From NCBI GenBank assembly GCA_951406725.2, contig OX597817.1, positions 74,772,001 to 74,836,000 of the forward strand: a stretch of 64,000 nucleotides of DNA, written 5' to 3'. The notes below the pieces were generated by a model, which did no database searches, was not told the DNA's origin, and saw nothing but the letters and a program-made list of their open reading frames with translations. The translations under genes were made by a program, and so were the position numbers. Shown piece by piece: positions 38,307 to 50,982 of this stretch (position 1 is the first letter of the stretch; the number at the start of each line of letters is the position of its first letter). This DNA comes from Octopus vulgaris. Taxonomy: Eukaryota.

Positions 38307-38690
38307 TTGTTCCCACCACCACTTGACAACTGGTGTTGGTGCATTCACATCCCCATAACTTAGTGGTTCAGCAAAAGACACCACTAGGATAGGTACTAGG
38401 CTTTAAAAAAATCCTGGGGTTGATATGTTCAATTGAAACCTCTCAAGGTATATACTCTAGCATGGCTGCAGTCAAATTACTGAAACAAGTAAAAGATAAA
38501 AGAAAAGATATGTTCATCTATATATGGCTGGTTTCTTTCAGTTTTCCTCTATCAAATCCACTCACAAGGCTTTGGTTGGCCTGGGGCTCTAGTAGAAGAC
38601 ATTTGCCCAAAGTGCCATGCTGTTGAATTGAACTTGGAACTATATGGTTGGAAAACAAACAGCTTACCATGCCGCTACACATGTGCCTAT
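37805..38690. mobile_element. Cluster of three SINE A copies in alternating orientation (- 37805-38030, + 38100-38508, - 38527-38690)
   Basis: Family-A tail reversed, then a full + copy with (GT)n, then a family-A head reversed. Confidence 0.82.
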
Positions 38691-39031
38691 CTTCTTCAAG
38701 GAAGATAGTAAAAAAAAATTTGTGAGTCTTCAGTTGAAAATTATTGGCAGTTTATTTTTAACTACACTTCTCATTTGTTATCTTTAACAATGTTGAGTCA
38801 TTAATTAGATTAAGTAAAGAGAGAGAGAGGAACCTACATTGTTGCCTTTTACAAACGAATCTGGCAATATTTGGCATTGTTGAAATGCTGAAAACCTCTA
38901 TTATTGTAGGTCAAATTCCTTGAGTTTGCATTTGGCTTCGATATTATCCAATTGTTATATATTTAATGCATGTACTTTAGAATGTTGTTCATTTGTTCTT
39001 CACCATATTTCATGTTTTTTTATCTTTTCAG

Positions 39032-39143
39032 GGATTGGGAAAATTCCCAAAGATGCAGCCAGTGTGAGATCTACCCACCCAATACCTGCATCTTGTGGTA
39101 TATATTACTTTGAAGTAAAAATTATCAGCAAAGGAAGAGATGG
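39032..39143 (+). CDS. RANBP9: Internal exon of RanBP9/RanBP10 (RanBPM, CTLH complex subunit), N-terminal part of the SPRY domain
   Basis: Translates (G)[36 protein letters not shown](G), which I recognise as near-identical to vertebrate RanBP9/10 [38 protein letters not shown]. Preceded by a polypyrimidine tract + cag (ends 39031) and followed by gtaagt (39144). 112 bp, phase 1 in / phase 2 out. RANBP9 vs RANBP10 cannot be distinguished; probably the single invertebrate orthologue. Confidence 0.93.
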
Positions 39144-40469
39144 GTAAGTAATCTTTAAAATCATTTGTATGTTGTTGTTGTTGTTGGCAGTGGTATTGAT
39201 CGTGATGGTGGGGTTGCTGCTGTTGTTGTAATTAGTGGTTTAATTCTGTTTCACTGTGCTAACAGTGATTGGAGGAATGTATACATTTCAACCACAGAAT
39301 TAATAATATCAATGCACATCCTGGCACATATGCTCATGTCTTCATTTATATGCAGATGTATGTCCAAATAGGAGCTTGCATGAATGCACATTGATATATC
39401 TATTCTACACCCGCCAAACCTGCCTGCAATGGTTATACATGTGCACAAATTCAACAGGCATTATGTATCATTATTATAAAAACTTGCATACATACAATTA
39501 TGTGTGCATATTCATATGTCCAATTGATAGAAAGGAAGGGGTTTACACACTCACACACATACATACGTGAATGTGTGTGCATGTGCACGCACTCGTGCAT
39601 GTATGTGCATACACACACAAGCACACAATGATGAATCACAGTAGTAAAGATGAAAGATGCTGGGGATTGAGTATGAACAGATTCAGTGTATTACCATTTA
39701 TTATTTCACAGACAGTGAGATGAAGGTGAGAGAATGTTATGAGCAAATGAATGGGAAAGACCCAAATGTAAATAATAAACATTTGAACCACCACTACTAC
39801 CACCACCAACATTTTACAACCATTTTGCCATGCTCATTTGAGTAGGGCAAGTCTTTTGTAGCACAGCATTTTATTACTTATCAGAGTCCCTTTGTCAACT
39901 CCTTTGTGAGCTTCAGCCTCTTGAAGTCAGTCTTCACTATTTCTCCTTAGGTTTTCCTTGGTGTCTCTCTTCCATATGTTCTGTCCATTTGGAGTGCTTG
40001 GCATTTCTTTATACAACTGCACCCTCTGTGTGTATCACATGTCTATACCAATGCAGTTCTCTCTTGTATATCCAATCATTTATATTCATGTTTCTCTCAG
40101 CTTATTTGCACTCCACTATTTATGCATGCTTGTATTACACAGCCATTGTTTATCACTCTTTCCAACTCCATACCAGTTGTTCCCACCCTTGTTTTTATAA
40201 TGTAAGTATCCCATCAAGCCACCTTGCAACGAGAAACCTGTTCTATTCTGATCCTTTCTTCCATACTTGAACTTATTTTCTAGCATAAAGTTGCTTCCCA
40301 CTCTATTGTAGCCCTACCCTAGTTGAAGGGATCTTAGTCTTCCAAGCTTCATGAAAACCTCACTAAGTTTGGTGTCATGAAAAAAAGCCCTCAGTACACT
40401 CTGTAAAGTGGTTAGCATGCTTCATTGTTGCCAGCCTTTACATATGTTGGATGTTTCAAGGCTTACATC

Positions 40470-40908
40470 ATGTTACCATGCTACTAACTGCACTTCATAC
40501 AACCATACAATCAGCCCTTCACTCTGAAAGAACCTCTTTGTTGCCTTCAGAGTTAATAGTTCTCTGAACTTTTACCCACCCCTTTCTTACTCTGGCAACT
40601 ATACATTCAGAATACCCACCTCTACTGCTAATTAGGTCACCTAGGAAACAAAAGCTTTCAGCTACTTCTTTTGAGCCTTCTAAACTTTGAATCTATTTTT
40701 ACATGTACTCTTACTGTTAACTACTCCTTTACATCTGCCACATACAAAGACTACTTTCTTTGTCATCTTATCTATGTTCCCATTCTACACTTGTGTGTTC
40801 ATTGTTTATCCTGGGTACACAGTATGGAATTCCTACTTACTTCTTTACTTGACATTGAGGATGGACACTTCCCTGATGGCATTAGAGTTCTCTCTTCTTT
40901 CCTGCTAG
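40470..40908 (-). mobile_element. Old RTE LINE ORF fragment including the decayed PHD segment
   Basis: Minus-strand SRKEERTLMPSGKCPSSMSSKEVSRNSILCTQDKQ aligns with SRKVDNPQISSGRWPCSICRKGVGRNSIRCTQCK; downstream EVAESFCFLGDLISSRGG aligns with EVVDSFRYLGDQVSSGGG. Confidence 0.85.
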
Positions 40909-40929
40909 GTGATGATGACTCTCTCTCTT

Positions 40930-40988
<59 letters not shown>

Positions 40989-41264
40989 ACATGTACAAAC
41001 ACACACATGAATACACATAGATATAAAGGGTTTGAATCTCAACAGCAGTTTTAAATTATATTTTCAAATGGACTATGTATATATATATCAATCATTGTTT
41101 AACATTCATTTCCCATGCTGGCATGGGTTGGATGGTTTGACTGAGAACTTGTGAGCTGGGAAGCTGCACCATTTGGCAAGGTTTCTACAGCTGGATGCCC
41201 TTCCTGATGCCAACCACTGCAAGAGTGTAGTGAGTGCTTTTTATGTGCCATTAGCATGGGTGCC

Positions 41265-41492
41265 AGGCGAGCTGGCAGAAACGTTAGCACGCCGGGCGAA
41301 ATGCTTAGCGGTATTTCGTCTGCGTTACGTTGTGAGTTCAAATTCCGCCGAGGTCGACTTTGCCTTTCATCCTTTCGGGGTCGATAAATTAAGTACCAGT
41401 TACGCACTGGGGTCGATGTGATCGACTTAATACCTATGTCTGTCCTTGTTTGTCCCCTCTGTGTTCAGCCCCTTGTGGGTAATAAAGAAATA
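41265..41492 (+). mobile_element. SINE family B (tail type 1), CpG-intact copy nested in a minus-strand RTE 3' fragment
   Basis: ggcgagctggcagaaacgttagcacgccgggcg...gagttcaaattccgccgaggtcgac...taaagaaata. Flanked by RTE 3' UTR sequence (~41092-41264 and ~41493-41560). Confidence 0.9.
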
Positions 41493-44400
41493 GGTACTGG
41501 CATCAACCATGCTCGAATGGTGCTTTTTACATTCCCTCCGGCATGGGAGCTAGTCAGGCAGCTGCATAAATACATGTATAGACACATGTCTGTATTCATA
41601 CATACACACACACACACACACACACACATGTATATGCAGGTATGACTTTGTGATCAAGAAGCTTTGCTTCCCAACCATGTAGTCTCTGGTTCAGTCCCAC
41701 TGCAAGGCATCTTAGACAAGTGTCTTCTACTTCATCCTGTGAACTAAATAAAATTGTCGGTTTGTTTAGTTACATTATATATTAATCCACACATTTATGT
41801 AGCCGATATATTGATCAATATTACCAAATTGTCTAAAAATATTACCGATTGTGCAAAAATTTGCATGCACACATGCACACAGTTGCTTTTTAACTCCAGA
41901 ATTAATTTAAACTATATTTTCAGTTGATGCATACATACATGAGCACACTTATATTACATAGATATGTATGTTTGTACACATAATGTGTATGTATGGATAA
42001 CTTAGTTATCATTCAGCTAGTGTTAGGAACATAAATTGTGACGAAGGTTTGGTGGAAGGTTTTAATTCAAAACTTATGAAAACAAGACATTTGTACTCAG
42101 AACCAGAGCCGGTTTCAGCCAGGTTGGTCATGAAAGGGTTAAAGACCTGCTAATTGGTTCACATCAGCTAAAAGTGGAATAGATGTCAAACGTGAGTTAC
42201 AGCAGCTTAGGGAGAAGAGGCAACATTTTATCAAAATTTTTGAAGGTTTATGTTAGTAGAGGAAGGGTAGCATTCATAATATTCACCAGGGTTTCTGCTA
42301 TTGGTAGGAAAAAATGAAGAAACTAATCTCAGACTGGAGTCCGAGCTCAAATACTTGTAGCACAGATTTTAATGGAAGATTTTAAAATTTGGATTATATT
42401 TTGAAAGGATTTGTATCATAGAGCCAAGGATGGTATCAAAAGGGCTAAGTAAGTATGCCATTTAAAGGGTATTAGTGTTTGTTGTTGTTTGTCCAAATTC
42501 TGTTTCAATAAAAATCTACAATGGTCTGACATTCTTATCTAGTAGGAATAGCTATATTTCAAGAAAAGTATCTGATGAAATGCCTTGATTTCATTTCAGT
42601 TGATTTTTGAAATAGTGAAGAATTGTAGCCACTGGCAGGTTAGTACCAAAAGGGACAACATTTTAAAGCTAGATCAGTGCTTGCATATTTTGCCTCCAAA
42701 TAGATTGCCGCTTGGAAGCAGGCATTCTATATAAGAAACTATAGTGAAAAATTCTGCTCAAATTACATTGAATCATTGATGCATACCCTAATGCATACTC
42801 CAGATATATTCATCACTAGTTACACATTGAAAAACTTGTTTTAGCATCAGTAATAATTTTATAACTTTTTTCATTACATCAGCAATATTTGAGAAATGTA
42901 TCCACTTTATATTTTAATGCAGTCTGTTACAAGTTAGATTTCTTTCTTTTATCTCAGTGTCAATCTTTCTTTGCTACCGTTGGACATTCTCATTCAGTGG
43001 GATCCTATTGAAAGGTTTGCCATTCTCAGGGAAATATCTTACAGAATGAATCATTTTCAAATAAGTATCTTTAAATCATTGGATACAAATACAATGGTAT
43101 ATGTTAGCTTTTATTAATTAGAATAAATTTCTTGACAAAATGTTCTTTGAATTTCTCATGTTGCTTTGAATACGATAAGTATTACTTTAAAGTTTTGATA
43201 GGCATCTATGTGGTGCAATGTTTTCTCTCATTTGATATTTGTGTGTCTGTAATTGCAGCAGACAAACTTGAAGTTTGAATGCTAGTGTTTTACTGTGTAG
43301 GGATATTGCTTTAAAATTAAAGCATATATTTGCTGATTTCTTGCCACATCTCAACTGTTCTACGTAATTCAAAACAAGATTGTTCCCAAATTTACAGATT
43401 GATATAGAGCAGTAGTAGATGTTGTCAAAATCTTGTGAGTTATAATAAAAAGGACATGAAGATGATTTTATATGGAATAATAAAAAAAATGTCCCTCAAA
43501 AGGGATTGGTAAATTATGCCAAACAAAATGTAGACATTCCCCACCCATTAGACCAAAATCTTTCAAAATGCAAAAGAAAAAACAAAATGCTGGATGTCTG
43601 TTGAAGTACTTAACTTGGTGTTCTTCAGCAGTAGTTGATGATAGAGGGTATCTAGTCATGCAATTACTGCCAAAACCCATAATTCAATTCTCAGTAGCTT
43701 GTGATTTAATGATGGTTCATATGGTAGGGATAGTGTCAGGTGTGAGCATTCTCTGACTGTCATTAAGAATATTTATCATTACCAGATTGATAATGGTATT
43801 CACAATGGTTATTAATAATGAAGATATTTGAGATAAAGGTGAAGTTGTAACAGGGGTTAAAATATTGGTGAACTTGGCATGTGCAGGAAGCAAAAATAGA
43901 GAAATGGGTTTATCAGATTGATTACAGAGAAGGAGCATGGTATAAATTGTGAATTAGTAACACAGTACTAGTGGTATAAGTATATGCTTCACAGATAAGA
44001 AAATAGATAGCATATTTGCTATATCTTTAAATATATAACTGAACTATAATGTGATATAACAGTTGCTGCAGTCTTTTTAAATATGGTTTGTAAAAAACAA
44101 GTACAAGAATACCAACCACTTTTACAAGACTCTTATGACAACACTGTAAAATTCAGTTGACTGGGATGTAGTAGTAGTAGTAGTAGTAATGAAAATTAAT
44201 GTTGATGTTGGAGAACATTAAAGTTGATACATTATTGTGTGGAGGCTATAATCAAGGAACACTTGGATGAAAGAAGCATAGGTATGTCAAGAGTTCTTTA
44301 ATAAGAATGAATCTATATCAATAATAGATAATACATGCATATGAAAGTTAGGCAGCTAACTAGCTTATCTATCAGGTGGTATTGAATATCAGATCTACTA

Positions 44401-45058
44401 ACTTGCCAATTAATAGGAGTGACAGAGAGATGACCATGAAACACAGACAATTCCTGGAGATGAATGTGTCCTCCGCCAAAACAAATGAATGGTTTGTGAG
44501 ATTAGACCAAGAATGGTGAAGGTAAAGAGAATAACCATAAGTAGAAGATAAGTGTGGAAATTGAAAGGCTGGCTGACATACTTTGAAAAAGAGACAGAAT
44601 TTTTAAAGAATAGAGGACAGCTGGACATTTTTAAAGAATAATTCATGCAACCTAATAACCATTTTAGTGGGTGGAGCCAAGCAGTCAGTTATATGATAGA
44701 GAAGACATAAAAAGTGACAAGATTGAAACAAAACAAAGAAATACAATGATAGTGAACCATAGACATTGAACGCAGAGAACTTGCAGCAATTGAAGAGTAA
44801 CATGCTCATATGATCCATTCTAGTGCAATGTTAATTTAGTAGGAAAAAAATAGTTGAAAAGTGGCTGAGGGTCAGACAACATTAGTTCTGTGGGAGGTGG
44901 GGAGGGGCATCACTGTGTATTGAGAATGTTTGTTTCACAGCCACATGGTTCTGGATTCAGTCCTGCTGCATGGCATCATGAGCAAGTGTCTTCTATTATT
45001 CTGGGTCAATAAATGCTTTGGGAGTGGATTTGATAGCCACTTTGAAGCTAGTTGTGCA

Positions 45059-45101
<43 letters not shown>

Positions 45102-45767
45102 ATATTTGCATTATGTGATCACATGAGCTATGATCAATATCTCCATTGTCGTTTTTCTGTCAGTAAATCATTCAGTAGCTCTGCACTTTTGAAGATATGC
45201 AGAATGTAAACCTCACTGGCTTGAAAAACTTGTAAAAATATATAGCAAGCATGTCATCTAACTATAAAACAATTCTTCAACAATGTGTATTCATCTAACC
45301 CATGCTAACATGGGAAAACAGCCATAAAACAAACATATAAGGAAAGAGAGAGAAGGATTAGGATGAATTGACCAATAAGTCACTATAGATATGTCACATA
45401 GATATCCAAATGAATTTGCAAGGTGTTCAGTGGAAAGACAGACTTCATTGTAGTAACTGTTTTGTGAAAGTCATGGATATCCATTTGTATTCCAAGCGAA
45501 ACCATGATATAGTATGACCAACTGAATAACTTTTACATACACAGATGATAAGTTCAACACTTTAGTGTTGCACATAAAAACATAAGCATCATGTGTAATG
45601 AAATATTGGTATTTATAGTATTTAATTACTAAAGGTTTTATTGTGTTATCAGCACCCCAAAAAGGTGCAGGATAATACATATCTAGGTGAACAGTTTGCT
45701 TTTATTTCTTGACCAGTGACTTTGATAATGTCCTTTAGGAAGTAACCATTTAATCTTTACTAAAAGA

Positions 45768-46487
45768 CGTCAAGTTGTTGGATCAGGTGATGAAAGTTAT
45801 GGAGAGAGTCGTAGCCCAACTAATTAGGGAGAGAGTTAGTCTAGATGAGATGCAGTTTGGTTTTGTGCCAGGAAGAATCACAACTGATGCTATATTTCTG
45901 GTAAGGCAACTGCAGGAGAAATCCCTCGCCAAAGATAAACCACTGTACCTGGCTTTTGTTGACTTGGAGAAAGCTTTTGATAGGGTCCCCCGATCCCTTA
46001 TCTGGTGGTCAATGTGGAAACTAGGCATAGACAAGTGGTTGGTGAGAGCCATACAAGTCTTGTACAGGGACACTACCAGTAAGGTGAGGGTGGGTAACGA
46101 GTACAGTGAAGAATTTAAGGTACAAGTAGGGGTACACCAAGGATCAGTCCTCCAGGCAATAAGAGAGGAATTCAAGACAGTCTTTCCCTGGGAGCTCCTC
46201 TATGCTGATGACCTTGCTCTTATAGCTGAATCACTATCTGAACTTCAGAAGTTCCAGATATGGAAGCAAGGTCTAAAATCGAAGGGCCTCAGAGTTAACA
46301 TAGCAAAAACTTTTGGCCTTATGTTGTGCTTGAGAAGAAAACCTTTGACTTTATGTCATGCTTGAGAAGTCCCATGAAGCCGAACAAGATTGCAGTTGTG
46401 GCATATACCAGTGTCACACAAATTGGCATGTAAACACATCCCAGTGTCAATGCAAATGGCACGTAAAAGCACCCATTACACTCTCAG
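45768..46487 (+). mobile_element. Internally deleted RTE LINE copy (RT core joined to 3' UTR)
   Basis: ORF 45775-46365 is highly similar to 6970-7540 (QFGF, DLEKAFD, QGSVL, YADD) but lacks SPLLFIIVL, then jumps at ~46310 to UTR with ggcacgtaaaagcacccattacactc. Confidence 0.92.
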
Positions 46488-49400
46488 TGAAATGAACACC
46501 TTTTACTTTAGGGAGCATTTATATGTATGTATATATATTATCATAGTTTGAAATATAATGCACTTTGTTGAAATCTTAAGCTTTAACCAAAGAAAATGTT
46601 GAGTGCTTTGTGTTACATGAATCAAGTATTTTATTGGGGTTAAACAAAAAATACTATTTCCAGGAGTTTATGTTTAAAGCAACATTTTGGAAATGGTCAG
46701 GAAACCTTTTAATGTTGTTGCTGTCTAGCCCCTGGTCAAACATTCTTCAGACTTATTATCATAGCCATTTCAGCCATAACTATTCATCTTTTGTGTGTGT
46801 GAGTGTACGCACATGTATCTAGGACTATATTGTCCAATATGTCCTTTTCTTTTTTTTAGATAGTAGAGGTTTACTCTGAGAAAGATTCAGCTGATATTTC
46901 TAGCAAGTCAAGCAGCCACATAGAGGCTCTTTGTTGATTCATGGAACCACTTATATTTGCCCATTGGTGTTCATACTTTAGTCTACTTATAAAAAGTCTT
47001 ATGGCAAAAAGGCATCTCTGAACTGAAAGAAAACTTTTGATGATCGATAAAACTTGATATTTGGTGAAAGTGAGGATATGAAGAAAATTCAATGAATTAT
47101 TCATGGTACTTAGTCTTTCAGTCCTTCATGTTTTTATTGAGAGATAAGCCAGTTTTTTTATAGTCTTCCAGTAAGAGAAGAACTGGCAGAAATAGCTTTA
47201 ACAATAATATTTCTTTGTTATTATTTACTGTATTTTAGTTGTAAGAAACAATTTACTTAGAACTGAAATATCAACATTTATTTAGTTGTAAAAGTACTTT
47301 CATTATTGTTGGTTTACTTTGTTTTAAAGATTTTTTGCATTTAGTCATAATAAGCAATTCTTGAGATTGATGGCGTCTCTGAGTTATTCATTCTTCAAAT
47401 AAGCCTGTTTATCCATGTCAACCAGTGTACAGTTTTCTGCATTTGCACAATAATTCAGTAATGATTCATTTATCACTATTTCAGCATGTTGGGGAAGAAG
47501 TCTTTATTTTGCAGATGAGGTCATTCTTTTCTCTGTGCTATTCAGTTAGTAAACAACTTCTCTTTTCCATGGCTTCCTTAAGTGCTGTGCATTTGTTGTG
47601 TACTTATGGAATTTTAGTGGGAAAATACATTAGTTGTTTCCCATAGCTTTTTCTTCAGCTAATTCTTTTACATGACACCATTTGGTCTTCTAATTACAAA
47701 CACATTCACCACTTCAATGTGGACGTATAAAATGTAAAAAGCCAACACAAATACTGCAAAGCATTTAATGTTCAATGCTCCAATAATTCTGTCAATCCAC
47801 TGCCCTGGATTATTACTTTGTATTTACTCCTAGAATAATGAAATGCAAAGCTGTGTTTGGCAGAATTTGAGGTCAAACTTAAAAATCAAAAACAAATATT
47901 ACAAAACATTTTGTCCAAGTTTGTAATGTTTCTGTCAGTTTACTTCCTGATGAGGTGATTATAAGACTAAAACATGCCTGGTAGTTGCCACCTGTACTTA
48001 TCAAGATAACTGAAATAATATTAATTATCAATTTATAAGATCTTTGGACTCACAGTATCATTATTTCTTTTTTACTTATTCAAAACTCTTTGCCTTCACT
48101 CTTCTTAATACTCATCATTTAACATCCATGTTCCATGGGTTAGGACAATTTGACATGGGCTGGACAATTTGACACAATCCAATGTCTGCTTTGGCTGGGT
48201 TTCTATGGCTGGACTGCTTTTCCTAACACCAACCACTTTACAGTGTGTATAGAGTGTGTTTTTCATGGCACCAGCAATAATAGGTCACCATGCATCTTGC
48301 AAGGTGTCCTACTATCGTAACCCCTTCATCTGAGTGGGGTTAGAGTAGAGAGGGAGGCAGCTTTATGATACGAAATGGAGTTAAAGTGAGAGAGGAGGAT
48401 TCAGAATAGAAGGTTTCTTTGCTGTAGAGGAGCTACACAACTGCTGACATTGTAGAAGAAAGGTTGTGAGAAGCCGAAATGCAGCTGGAGAAAGAAAAAA
48501 GTAGGGGTGATGAGGTGTTAGGGTGGATCCTCAAGATAGGAGGTGATTAGAAGTGAGTGGGGAGAGAACAGGTGTGTGAGTGAGAAGTTGCAAGCGTGTA
48601 TGGGAGAGGGAGATGGCTAGAGATAAGGAATGGATGAAGGGATGAATATCAAGAAGAACAAGTGTTGAAGGGTGTAAGCCTTGTGCTATTTTGAAATATA
48701 TCAGCACAAGCTTGTTCTAGTATACATGAGATTTTGAACTTCAGTTTCCAATTTGTATTTACTGGGACTCTTGATAATTGTAGAGTAGAGAACAATTTTG
48801 ATTTCTCTTTAAAAAATATGTTAAGAGTTTCTTTTCCTTTTTGATAATCTGACTTGGTTTCCTTTAAATATTTAGGAGGTACTCTGAGTTAGTTATGCTG
48901 CTTTGTTTTAAGCAAGTTTCTGACAACTGACATACTTGGCAGAGAAGTGGGAGGAGAGGAGGAGGGGAAGGAGGAAAGGGGCTTACAAATAGGCAGATGC
49001 TTTTCTTTAAATAGTTTCTTATGTTGAGCAGCTTTGTAACATATTACATTCTTGAATTACCTAACCTCTGGCATATTTATTTATTTATTTCATAAGCAAT
49101 TGAATGTGTGTCATGGTGAAATGCTGATTGAAAATGAGCTGTCATCTGGTACATTGTGATTTGACCTAGTTGTTTCCATAAGAAGGAATAGATAATCTAA
49201 ATTTAGTTTACATCTCTGCATTCTAAGCTACATTCCCCTTTCTTCATGCTAGCATTTGCATCTACATTTCTCTAGCAGTAAGCCCCCTGAGTTGAGATGT
49301 TCACTAAAACCAAAGTTATAAGACTAGATTTAATATTCTCATTTATCATTAGGCATAAGTAAATTAAATAAATCCTTCAGAAGCATAATGTATGCTGTGT

Positions 49401-50578
49401 GCGAGTTGAATGTAATATTGCATTATGCTTCTTGGAGATGTTACTGTTTAATTACCAGGATACACAACTACTATAAATGGATAATTGAATAATTGCTGCT
49501 TTTATTAGTTAACAACGAATAGTTCCTTTTTGTGGAGTGATTATATATCTGCTGCTTCCTCTTGCTGGCATTACCATATTGAATTTGTAAATTCACCTAA
49601 ATATCTTCAGGTGGTCAATTTAGTTGGCACATTTTGGGTTGAAGGTAAACAGATTGCAGCCAGTTGAGATAGATGGAAGGATGGGGGGGGGGGGGCAATC
49701 TTTACAGCCTTTGAGGTTTTTCTTTTAAACTAGAATATAAGGAAAATAAATAGTTACCTAGAATACAATGATAAAGCATGGAAATCAAAGAAATGTACTT
49801 AATAAGAATTTAGTCAAATGTAGGTGTATGTATAATAAAAATAAAGTCTTGTAGCTTAACATTTAGAATAAAAAGAAATAAATGAAATAGGTACATGTAT
49901 GGTTAAGTTGTTAAGAAGCTTGCTTTGCAAACACATGGTTTCAGACTCAGTTCCACTGTGTGGCACCTTGGGCAAATGTCTTCTGCTCTAATCGTAGGCT
50001 GACCAATGCCCTATGAGTAAATTTGGTAGACAGAATTTGTGTGGAACCAAGTACTGAGATCAATTTGTTTGACTAAGCACTTCAAGTCAGTGCCCAGCAT
50101 GGCTGCAGTCCAATGACTGAAATAAGTAAAAGATAAAAAATTAAAAAAAGAATTGGTCTTGTTGTAAGTCATTATTGTCCTAACTTTTATTCTTGTACTG
50201 TGGTGAGAAACAAATGTCTTGTTCAGTTTATATTCAGCTTCAATATTCAAGTTATAAGTGTAAACATGCCAACTTCTATTGCAAGTGGTGACTGCCTGTC
50301 TTTAGTTAAAGTATATCACAAAGCAGCTGAACCAAAAGCAGTAAGGATTTCATAGCATTCACCAGTGCCTTAATCAGGGAGTATTTTTGTGTTACTTTCT
50401 GGATATTTGCTGAGTGTTGAGAAAATTCAATGTACAGAGCTGTAAAGTCTTCTTCAATTATCAGATTGATGAGTAGATGTTTCTTAGCACATGATGTCTT
50501 ACTATGTTGCTGTGGCAATAATGGGCAGTGGAATAATCATCAAACACTAAGCATGTTTGGATTAGATTCTTCAGTATA

Positions 50579-50982
50579 GGCGTAGGAGTAGCTGTGTGGT
50601 AAGTAGCTTGCTTATGAACTACATGGCTCCAGGTTCAGTCCCACTGCGTGGCACCTTGGGCAAGTGTCTTCTACTATAGCCTCGGGCCGACCAAAGCCTT
50701 GTGAGTGGATTTGGTAGACGGAAACTGAAAGAAACCTGTCGTATATATATATATGTTTGTGTGTCTGTGTTTGTCCCCCCCCCCCCCCAACATCGCTTGA
50801 CAACAGATGCTGGTGTGTTTACATCCCTGTAACTTAGCGGTTTGGCAAAAGAGGCTGATAGAATAAGTACTAGGCTTACAAAGAATAAGTCCTGGGGTCG
50901 ATGTGTTCGACTAAAGGCGGTGCTCCAGCATGGTCGCAGTCAACTGACTGAAACAAGTAAAACAGTAAAAGAGAGAGTAAAG
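50579..50982 (+). mobile_element. SINE family A, full length
   Basis: Near-consensus copy; 6-bp TSD agtata (50573-50578, 50983-50988). Confidence 0.92.

Noticed and set aside
43700-44800. Possible very old LTR-retrotransposon pol remnant
   Set aside because: Only faint peptide resemblance in broken frames; no diagnostic motif that I can state confidently.
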